NCBI RefSeq assembly: GCF_001194135.2
Contig: NC_069008.1
Span: 17,588,723 to 17,652,722 of the forward strand
Length of the DNA stretch: 64,000 nt
From: Octopus bimaculoides
Lineage: Eukaryota
Direction of reading: 5' to 3'
This document shows positions 40,901 to 52,871 of this stretch, in pieces. The notes beneath the pieces were generated by a model. It searched no databases, had not been told where the DNA came from, and saw only the letters and a list, made by a program, of their open reading frames with translations. Within the stretch, counting starts at the first letter, position 1. Each line of letters begins with the position of its first letter. A program made the position numbers and the translations under genes.

Positions 40901-43380
40901 GACAGCAACAGTATGATAAAACTGTATAGAGATGAGAAACAGGGACAGGATGTGAAGTGTAAAAGAGGAGGGAGTTAGGAATGCAGAATGACAGAGAAGG
41001 AGGTCAGAGGTATGTAGGGATGGATGCTCAACAAATTAGGAATCCAACTCGTGGCGATACATGTAACTGTAGTGAACAGTTTTGGAATCACTGCAGTAAG
41101 GGATGACTTTTGAGGAAAATGACAAAATCTCTGAGTTTAGTTTGCAGATTCCAAATAATATGCACCTCCCATGGAATATTAGCAGTTCCAAACCATCACA
41201 GACATTTGTAATTGCAAGATATGGTTGCTAAGATGAAGTGGTTTGACTTCATCTTTGAAATACTGTCTACTTCCCCCTACTTTTATGATTCAGACAAGGG
41301 TATTTAAGAACAAAGTTTTCTACAGCTGGATGCCCTTCTTGTCACCAACCTCTGCATTTTTTTTCCAAGTGAAGTAATACTTTTCCAGTCTATCAGACCA
41401 CAGCCCCTTATGCCTGGCCTCAATTGAGGGGTCTTGCCCTACAAGTTACTGAGAGTCCTCACTGCTTCTGGTACCACATAAGTACCCAGAAAGTGGTTGG
41501 TGTTAGGAAGTGATTGGTATGAGGATAGTTGCATAAAGAAATGCTGAGCTCTAATTGTGAAGGGAACCTGTGGAAGGGGTAGACCCAGGAAGACGTGGGA
41601 TGAAGTGGTGTGAAAGGATCTTTGGACATTGAGCCTCAATGAGGAAATGCAAAGGGACCATAAGTTGTAGCAATTTGCTGTACTTGATGTGTCAGGCCGG
41701 GTACAGGCTTGTTTGTCCTTTGCAGGTGCTGGTGCCACATAAAATACACCTGTGCCAATGTTGCACAAATGCACCTGTGCCGATGGCACATACAAAGAAC
41801 ACCCAGCATATCCTGTAAAGTAGCTAGTGTTAGGAAGGGCATCCAGCCATAGAAAGCATGCCACAACAGAGAATTGGTGTCTGGCCAGCTTCATGTCAAA
41901 CCATCCAACCCATGCCAGCATGGAAAAAATGGACGTTAAAGGATGATGATGGTGACGATGAGGATGGATGTGGTTAAAGCATGGTTGAAAAATGCTGAGG
42001 TAAAGACCGAGAGTATTGTAGTCAACATAAGAATGGGATTGGGGTAAAACGTGACAAGAAGTAATTCATTAAAATATACAGAAGATAGAAGATTGAAGAA
42101 GGGAGAGAACCCTACGGCATACTTGAATTTAAAAAAAAGCATGAGGGACACAAAGAGTTGTGATAAATAAATAAAAGAATAAATAAAATAAAAGAACATT
42201 CTGTCCGTGACTGAATTCCACCCTATGTGGAAATGAATAACGATCAATCAATCATTGATTAAATAGAGATCAGTACTCGACTGTTTTGCTGAAATGCAAA
42301 GATTCCATGCTAACATCATGCAAATTTTTTTAACTTTGCAGATCTGGATAACCCATGCTGACATCAGACAGGTAATGGAGAGTGCAAATAATGCAGACAC
42401 ACAATACATATTCTACAAACGCCACATGAATATATTTGTTTGCAAGATTCTTGATGATCATTGTTGGCAAAATGACCCTCCCAAGATACTATGTGTGTGG
42501 GTGTGTGTGTGTGTGAGTAAGTGTGTGTATGTATATATATATATATATATATATATANNNNNNNNNNNNNNNNNNNNNNNNNNNNNNNNNNNNNNNNNNN
42601 NNNNNNNNNNNNNNNNNNNNNNNNNNNNNNNNNNNNNNNNNNNNNNNNNNNNNNNNNNNNNNNNNNNNNNNNNNNNNNNNNNNNNNNNNNNNNNNNNNNN
42701 NNNNNNNNNNNNNNNNNNNNNNNNNNNNNNNNNNNNNNNNNNNNNNNNNNNNNNNNNNNNNNNNNNNNNNNNNNNNNNNNNNNNNNNNNNNNNNNNNNNN
42801 NNNNNNNNNNNNNNNNNNNNNNNNNNNNNNNNNNNNNNNNNNNNNNNNNNNNNNNNNNNNNNNNNNNNNNNNNNNNNNNNNNNNNNNNNNNNNNNNNNNN
42901 NNNNNNNNNNNNNNNNNNNNNNNNNNNNNNNNNNNNNNNNNNNNNNNNNNNNNNNNNNNNNNNNNNNNNNNNNNNNNNNNNNNNNNNNNNNNNNNNNNNN
43001 NNNNNNNNNNNNNNNNNNNNNNNNNNNNNNNNNNNNNNNNNNNNNNNNNNNNNNNNNNNNNNNNNNNNNNNNNNNNNNNNNNNNNNNNNNNNNNNNNNNN
43101 NNNNNNNNNNNNNNNNNNNNNNNNNNNNNNNNNNNNNNNNNNNNNNNNNNNNNNNNNNNNNNNNNNNNNNNNNNNNNNNNNNNNNNNNNNNNNNNNNNNN
43201 NNNNNNNNNNNNNNNNNNNNNNNNNNNNNNNNNNNNNNNNNNNNNNNNNNNNNNNNNNNNNNNNNNNNNNNNNNNNNNNNNNNNNNNNNNNNNNNNNNNN
43301 NNNNNNNNNNNNNNNNNNNNNNNNNNNNNNNNNNNNNNNNNNNNNNNNNNNNNNNNNNNNNNNNNNNNNNNNNNNNNNNN

Positions 43381-43418
<38 letters not shown>

Positions 43419-43437
43419 GCACTCACACACAATACAT

Positions 43438-43479
<42 letters not shown>

Positions 43480-44026
43480 CACACACACACATATATATAT
43501 ATATATATACTCAAATATATGTATATATACTTGTATACAACTTTATATACTCAAGCATACAAGAAAGAAAGAGGTGTATATATAAATAGCACGAGTCGGA
43601 GAAAGACGGAGGTGTGGGTGGTGGTGGATGACATGGAGGTGATGGTGAAGGTGGTGGGCAGTGATGGTGGTAGGAGGAACACACATGTAGGAGGAGGAGG
43701 AGGAGGAGGAAGTGAGCAATGCAGAGAAAGACAAACAGAAGTTCTGGTAGGGGTGGGAGGGAGAAAGAAAGAGGGAGGGAGGAACAAGGAGGGAGTGAGA
43801 GGTGGTTTATAAAAAAAAAAAAAGAAACAAACAAAACTGAAACTAAACTAATAAAAACAAAACAAATATAAATCAGGAACTCCAAACATGGAAAATATAT
43901 ATACATTGATTATGGGCAAACAAGGCAACCAATGGTTTCATGTGAAGAGATCTACACAATTGTTCAAGCATGCCTCATGGGAGTGTTGGTACACATCACC
44001 ATTTAGGATCAGAATATTAGTGTGTA

Positions 44027-44080
<54 letters not shown>

Positions 44081-46061
44081 CATACACACACACACAGCTA
44101 TATCTAAATATCTATCTATCTACCTTCCTACCTATCTATATACCATCATCATCATCATCATGAACATTGTAATCACCATCATCACCACCACAATCTCTTG
44201 TAAATATGGCACAAGGTCAGAAATTTTAAAGGAAAGGGGTCAGTTAATTATATTGACCCCATGTGCTTGACTGTCACTCTACAGTAAATATTCTGCTCAA
44301 TACCACAGATTTGCTGGTCAGTTGTTTGACCATAACCAGTTGAGCATGTCCCTTGGTGGCTGACGATATGTGCATCTCTGATCATGAGCAGAAGTAGTGG
44401 GGGAGCATCATAGCCATGTGTTGAGAGTAATTCTTTGGGGTTTGAATAATTCATCTTTGGAAACATGGGTGTTTTATTCAACAGCCTTAAACAACCCTTA
44501 TTCAGGGACCTGTTGAGCAGGATGGGCTACTCAACCTGAAGCAAATTTTGAGTCCCACCTGCAAGGTCATGCGCTGGTTATCTTGATATGAGATCACCAT
44601 GTCATGCACATGTGGTTGTGATGCATGTGCCTGGTGTGCCCTTATCAGACGGGTAGTCATGATGGGTATACTGGGCTTCGACTAATTGTACCCCAGTGTC
44701 ACTTTGATGGCATATGCTGCTCTCTCACTCAATAATAATAATGTATACAGTGAGTTTCTTTGCCCTAGGTGTTGGGAAGACACTCAGCAAGGAATGGAAA
44801 CAAAACTGAAAGAAGACAATAATAATAATTCCAAACAAAAATAATTACAAAATGCCAAACAAAAGTGTTGATAATGACAATGGTGATGACAAAAAAGAAA
44901 ACTCAACAACCAGTGATGTCAAAAACAATAATTATAGCCATGTGATTACTACAGCGTTTACTGTGGCAAGAGGGATTGTGGAAGGTGGGAGAGGAGGGAG
45001 TGACTGGCAGCAGTAGTACTAATAATAAATAAAAACAACCGAAAATAAGTAAACAAACAAAAGGAAGAGGTAAAACAGGAATGGAGAAAGGAAGGAAAGG
45101 AGGCACAAAAGATGGGAGGAGTAAAAAAAAGGGAGGAGAGAGAACTAAAGTAGAGGAGGACAAAAGAGAGGTAGAGAGAGGTAGAGAGAGAGGTAGAGAG
45201 AGAGAGGTAGAGAGAGAGAGGTAGAGAGAGAGAGAGAGAGAGACGTAGAGATGAAATCTTACCATGGCACGGCTGTTCCAGGAAGCGTAATACTTAAGAG
45301 AAGAATTAAGAAGTTTAATTAGAAGTTAGAGACTGCGAGGATTAAGACGACAGGGGACAGAACAGGACGGAACCGGTCGACTGACATTGACGTACAGGTT
45401 ATATATACACACACACACAAATACATATGTATGTAAAAATATATATACACACACAAATATGTACACACATATATATTACTACACATACAGAGATATATGC
45501 ACAATTATACACATACATAGACACACATATACATACATATATATACAAACACATATACATAGAAATATATGTATATACACACATATACATACATATTTAT
45601 CTACACATAACTACATATACGTGTACACATATACATAACCTTACATAATGTACAAATGTAACATACACATAGCCATATACACATATATACACATATGTAT
45701 ACATATACACATACATTGACTTATACACACAGATACATACATTAAAAGAGAAATGGGGTGGCTGGATTAGAACCGCTGCAAGCAGCACCTTAGCATAGCT
45801 GGTTGCAAGCTTGGCATTGTTGGTTTTATGTGTGTGTGTGTGTGTGTGGATCCTTGTATTGTAAACAAGAGTAAACGATATTCAAGTGGTGTTATTTGTT
45901 TGCAGTCTTCTGCGTAAACATGTCCAGGCATTGAGCTGTTTAGGGCTGAAAGAATTGAGGGGAACATTACCCAGCTTGGAAACAGGTGGCCGTTGATGGT
46001 GCATCTGTATGTATGTATTCTGCATATTCATGTACTTGCATGTCCGTGTTTTTGTGTATTT

Positions 46062-46095
<34 letters not shown>

Positions 46096-49000
46096 CACCT
46101 CTGTCTCCTTGTGTGTGCATGTCTGAGTGTGTGGATGTGCATCTCCATATGTGTCCTTGTGTGAAGCAAAGTGTGTGTGCGTATACATGGTCGTGTTTCA
46201 GTCTTCATTTGCGTATGTGTGCTTGTCTGTTCATATAACCTATATACCTATCTGTCTGTATGTTGATCAACACACAGACGGATAGGTACATAGGTTATAT
46301 AAACAGACAAGCACACATACGCAAATGGAGACTGAAACACATGACCATATATACACACACATTTTATATATATNNNNNNNNNNNNNNNNNNNNNNNNNNN
46401 NNNNNNNNNNNNNNNNNNNNNNNNNNNNNNNNNNNNNNNNNNNNNNNNNNNNNNNNNNNNNNNNNNNNNNNNNNNNNNNNNNNNNNNNNNNNNNNNNNNN
46501 NNNNNNNNNNNNNNNNNNNNNNNNNNNNNNNNNNNNNNNNNNNNNNNNNNNNNNNNNNNNNNNNNNNNNNNNNNNNNNNNNNNNNNNNNNNNNNNNNNNN
46601 NNNNNNNNNNNNNNNNNNNNNNNNNNNNNNNNNNNNNNNNNNNNNNNNNNNNNNNNNNNNNNNNNNNNNNNNNNNNNNNNNNNNNNNNNNNNNNNNNNNN
46701 NNNNNNNNNNNNNNNNNNNNNNNNNNNNNNNNNNNNNNNNNNNNNNNNNNNNNNNNNNNNNNNNNNNNNNNNNNNNNNNNNNNNNNNNNNNNNNNNNNNN
46801 NNNNNNNNNNNNNNNNNNNNNNNNNNNNNNNNNNNNNNNNNNNNNNNNNNNNNNNNNNNNNNNNNNNNNNGGCACATAAAAGACACCATTTCGAGTGTGG
46901 CCGTTTTCGTGCGGGTGACACGTAAAAGCACCCACTACACTCTCTGAGTGGTTGGCGTTAGGAAGGGCATCCAGCTGTAGAAACTCTGCCAAATTAGACT
47001 GGAGCCTGGTGTTGCCATCCGGTTTCACCAGTCCTCAGTCAAATCGTCCAACCCATGCTAGCATGGAGGGCGAACGTTAAATGATGATGATGATGATGAT
47101 GATACATATATAATAATGGACTAGCCCGTCGTAAGACGATGTATGAGGGTTCGACAATTCCTCACCAAACAACCACACAGATGATTTGTTTAGAGTGATC
47201 AAATGTTTGTGCAGACATAAGCTCACTCCCTCCATCAGATTGACATTACCTGTACAGGTGTAACTGAGTGCCACATGTCAGGTGTAACTGAGCGCCACAT
47301 GTCAGGTGTAACTGAGCGCCACATGTCAGGTGTCAAAATGATCGCAGAGCAACGTGAAATGAAGTGCTTTGCTCAAGAATACAACGCAATGCCTGGGCTG
47401 GGAATCGAACCCACGATCTTGCAATCGTGAGAGCAACACCCTAACCACGAAACCTTATGTGCACATATGTTTCCACACCTACCCAAAGGCTGGAAGAATG
47501 GAGATGTAAAGAAACCAGACCTGTAACAAAGCTTCAGAGCCAATAACAAAAACAACACAAATATAAAACAACAAAAAACAACCACAACAACGAAAACAAC
47601 CCCTGCCCCCAACACACACACTTCTAACCCCTCAGCAAAGTAAAAAAAAACATTAGACACTCTTGTGCCAATATTAATATTATTCCAGTTTAATTAAATA
47701 TTTGTTTAATTAATGGATTAATGAATTAATTATGCAGGAAATTATTAAAGAGAGTCTTACCTCTGAATGGGATCGTGCTGGATAAGTGAGGTTCTGGCAC
47801 GCTGTCTGGATCGCTTGGTTTGCTCGAGCAAACTGGGATTGGTCAACAAGACCAGCGTGTCCAGGCTCAGAGGCCGGGTCAGCTATACCTACCAAGTAGG
47901 CAGACTAGAGAGANNNNNNNNNNTATGCATCTTTTACTCTCAAAATACAAGGATCTGGAAATTAGAGGTAACTCGAATGTGGAGTCTAAAAACAGAAACG
48001 GTTCCCATCATTCTTTACTTGTTTCAATCATTTGACTGCGGCCATGCTGGAGCATCGCCTTTATTCAAGCAAATCGACCCCAGGACTTATTCTTTGTAAG
48101 CCTAGTACTTATCCTATCGGTCTCTTTTGCCGAACCGCTAAGTTACGGGGACGTAATCACACCAGCATCAGTTGTCAAGCGATGGTGGGGGGACAAACAG
48201 ACACACACACACATATATATATATATATACGATGGGGTTTCAGTTTCCGCCTACCAAATCCACTCACAAAGCTTTGGTCGGCTCTAGGCTATAGTGGAAG
48301 ACACTTGCCCAAGGTGCCACGCAGTGGGACTGAACCCAGAACCATGTGGTTAGGAAGCAAGCTACTTACCACACAGCCACTCCTGCACTTATTGAGGCTT
48401 TTATAGGGACTTTTTAAGGAGAGGCTGTTATAAGTGTCCTAGATTATTGTCATTTTAGTTTATCATTACTATGCATCTAATAAGCTGACCTGCCAACCTT
48501 TTGTTAGTCCAAATTGAAGGGGACAACAGTGAATGAGACAAGCTACTAAACATTGCTGGTCCCAATTCCATCTTGGAAACCAACAACTTGGCAGAGGTGG
48601 GCATCACAAATGGCCCGCAGCCTTCCTCCAGACCAGACCTTGCTTTCGGTGCCTCTTGGTTGTTCCTCAAGCTGAAGGAAGTTGTGACAAGGATCTTGGA
48701 CACCTTCCCTCTGGAGGACTTCTGTGGGGCCTTCGCAAAGTGGCTGGAACACTACAGCAAGGGCACTGAAGGTGAGAGGAACCTACTTTGAAGGAGACCA
48801 GAGTTTCGTACTTCTTTGGAATTAATGTCTCCCTTGAAAAAGTAACAAAACTTCTGGAATGTATCGGTCCCAGGGTCGTGGATGTAAGACCCACAAAAGT
48901 TACCTTGGTATTTGGTTACGATTAAACAAAATGAATCCTAAGGGTTCTTACCTGAGCAGCTGCTTCAGTCAGACCATTAATGGATGACGAGAAATTTCTG

Positions 49001-49384
49001 ACGGCCTCGCAGAACCCATCCGTGTCAGCTTTCTTGGCATCGTTTGATATTCCTGTCATTGCATCGCCAAGAGACTGCAGATTGGATGCGAGAGAGAGAG
49101 AGAGAGAAAGAGAGAAACAGAGATGAGACTAGGAATAAGGGAATACAGTAAAGAACACACACGTACATACAAGGAAGTGCTGAAAGGTTCCTGGCTTTGG
49201 GTAAAAGAAAATCCAAGTGGATCAGTTAGTTATGGTTTTATCCAACATATTCCCCTCTCAGATTCACACACTTATTGCAGGGGTCCCTTCAGTTTTTCTA
49301 AGCCCTGTAAAAGAATCCGGAAGCTTGGGCCTCCAACCAGGCCGTTTGGGAAACCCTTAAAGCCAGGAGCTTTTCAGCACCTTC

Positions 49385-49419
<35 letters not shown>

Positions 49420-49820
49420 GAGAGANNNNNNNNNNNNNNNNNNNNNNNNNNNNNNNNNNNNNNNNNNNNNNNNNNNNNNNNNNNNNNNNNNNNNNNNNNN
49501 NNNNNNNNNNNNNNNNNNNNNNNNNNNNNNNNNNNNNNNNNNNNNNNNNNNNNNNNNNNNNNNNNNNNNNNNNNNNNNNNNNNNNNNNNNNNNNNNNNNN
49601 NNNNNNNNNNNNNNNNNNNNNNNNNNNNNNNNNNNNNNNNNNNNNNNNNNNNNNNNNNNNNNNNNNNNNNNNNNNNNNNNNNNNNNNNNNNNNNNNNNNN
49701 NNNNNNNNNNNNNNNNNNNNNNNNNNNNNNNNNNNNNNNNNNNNNNNNNNNNNNNNNNNNNNNNNNNNNNNNNNNNNNNNNNNNNNNNNNNNNNNNNNNN
49801 NNNNNNNNNNNNNNNNNNNN

Positions 49821-49869
<49 letters not shown>

Positions 49870-51367
49870 AAGAGTAGTCCAAAAGTCAAAATGCATCCAA
49901 ATGCTGTTTATTATATTAGTCAGATTTGTTGTCTCCATCTTGGTTTCACTACATTTTGGCTGTTTTAAGGTCACAACCATCACATGATCCCCAGGCCAAG
50001 GTAAGTACGTGCACACACACACACACACACATATGCACACACTAACTGACACTCTGTTGGTTATGATGATGACCCTCCTAGTTGATCCAGTCAATGGAAC
50101 AGCTGGCTCCTGAAATTAATGTGCAAGTCGCTGAGTACTCCACAGACACAATGTACGCTTCATGTAGTTTTCGGAGAATGATAATAATATTGGCACAAGG
50201 CACTAGGAATTTCAAGAGAAGAGGATAAATTGATGCCATCAGACTCCGTTCTTGTCTGGTATAATATTTTATCGGCCCAGGATGGAAGAAAGGCAAAACT
50301 GACCTTGGTGAGATTTGAACTCAGAATGTAAAGAGACACATATCGGTCAACACTGAGAACCTGTTTATTGTAGAAGACGTTTGCCCAAGATGCATTGTAA
50401 CGAGCAGTGAGATTGAACTTGCAACCAAGTGGTTGTGAATTTAATTTCCTACCCACACATCCTTGTCTGTATTAACACGTTGACTATTTTTATTTTGTTT
50501 CATGCTTTTTTTTTTTTTTTTTTTTTTNNNNNNNNNNNNNNNNNNNNNNNNNNNNNNNNNNNNNNNNNNNNNNNNNNNNNNNNNNNNNNNNNNNNNNNNN
50601 NNNNNNNNNNNNNNNNNNNNNNNNNNNNNNNNNNNNNNNNNNNNNNNNNNNNNNNNNNNNNNNNNNNNNNNNNNNNNNNNNNNNNNNNNNNNNNNNNNNN
50701 NNNNNNNNNNNNNNNNNNNNNNNNNNNNNNNNNNNNNNNNNNNNNNNNNNNNNNNNNNNNNNNNNNNNNNNNNNNNNNNNNNNNNNNNNNAAAAAAAAAA
50801 AAAAAAAAAAAAGTAGCCATTTCATATTCTCACGAAAATTTATAAAATTTTTATGATGTCAACATACAATTCTTGCCAGTTAGAATTAATCTCCTAAAAT
50901 GGTAAGAGAAATTCGAAGGAGTGTTTTGGTCCAATGGTAGAACATCTCTCATATCCACAGAGGATGTGGGTTCATTCTCAACAAACAGTCTTTGATTTTC
51001 TATCCAGAAAAAAATCCTAAATCCATGATGTTATTTATAGGTTTGTGAGGTGCTTCAAGGTATTTCAAGAAAGAACATACATAATAATATATATATATAA
51101 ATATATATTGTGCATTAAGGCTACCATTGGTTTCATGTTAAGAAAATATATTAACAATTCTTCCAGCCAATCACATAGAAAAATTAGTGTCCATCTCCAT
51201 TTTAATCCAAAATGGAGACAAACACCAATTTCTCTATGTGACCGGCTGGAGGATTGCTAAGATATTTCCTTAACATGAAACCAATGGTAGCCTTAATACA
51301 CAAATAAAGGATCTTTATCCATCAATGCAGAGCTGAGCACCCATTCTTACCATCCAATATTTACGTG

Positions 51368-51414
<47 letters not shown>

Positions 51415-51529
51415 ATATATATGCACATTGCTTCATGTCAAACAAATGAGTGAGAAGTGCTCAATACATGTTGCAGAGAGTGCAGTCCTTTATTGAAAGT
51501 GAAGTCAAGAGTATCTTGCNNNNNNNNNN

Positions 51530-51595
<66 letters not shown>

Positions 51596-52832
51596 CATGA
51601 AAGGATGAGTAGAAAAGATATGAAGAGGACAAAATAGTAAAGAATATACAATCACTTGACATGCAACTAATAAAATAATATATATACATATATATTATAT
51701 ATATATATATATAAAACAAAAAAAACCAGTACAGATAATTTAGATAAAAGAAACAAAAGTGATAATGTTGAAAAAAAGAAAGAAAAAAAAAAACCCATTC
51801 ATATACACACAAGTGCGTTTACATACGTAAATATATACATCCATATGTAGATATATGTATGTATAATTAATGATCACCTGACAGAGACTTACCTGGAGTT
51901 CCTTAGTTGAGACAGTCTGTACAGGGGAAACAGAAGAGAATCAATGAGAGCGCGAACACAGCAGGTGAAGCTTAGAGGTTAAAGGCTGGAGGTCGGGGTC
52001 AAAGGTTAGAGTTTAGGGTCAAAGGTTAAAGTTCAAGATTGTAGGCATGAAGCAGGATTGAAATTTAGTGCGGACGTTTAGCTTTTAATTGTTTGTGTTC
52101 AACAAATTTGGAAAGTGTGGTTGTAGCGATGGTGGTCATAGTGGTTATTTAACCCTGGGTCATATTTGATGCAGTAGGCCTATGGTGATCAAAAGTGTTC
52201 CAGCTGTGACCATCCCATCTTTATTCAGACATAGTATATCTAGGACTACATTATCTAATGTGTCCTTTGCTGCTGTTGTTAAACCCCGGGTCAGTACTGC
52301 TACAACTGACCTATGATCAAGGGTGTTCCAGCCATGACCCATTGTGTTTTTTATTCAGGCACAGTATATCTAGGACTACATTATATAATAATGTATCTTT
52401 CTATGTTGTTGTTTAACCCCAGGTCATTCCTGATCCAGTAGACCAAGGATGAAAAAATGGCGTTCTAGCTGGAAAATATGTTGACAAAGGGGAAAAGGGC
52501 CCAAATTGTTAAGCTTAAAATGAAAACCTTTAAAGGTATTGGCAATAATAGAGATCTTCTTACATTCCAGACATGGCTCTCACTATCAACCAACTGAAGT
52601 GAAGTTGGTACAAAAGAGGCGCTTCACTGCAGTCAACCACAAAAGCCAAGTGTTTTAGTGAAGACAAGGAGATTAGTGGGAAAGATTAGCAAGTGGGATT
52701 AGGAAGAGAGTGATTAAGGACACAGATATATATTAGCAAGAAAGAGAGGAGGAGAGATTAGCAAGAGAGAAAGAGGGAGAAATTGGGAGACAGAGCAAGA
52801 AAGAGAGAGATTAACAAGAGAGAGGGAGAGAT

Positions 52833-52871
<39 letters not shown>

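Noticed and set aside
45767-45990. Unique-looking ORFs just upstream of the candidate internal promoter
   Set aside because: No talin similarity in any frame and no convincing splice sites; may be promoter-proximal DNA
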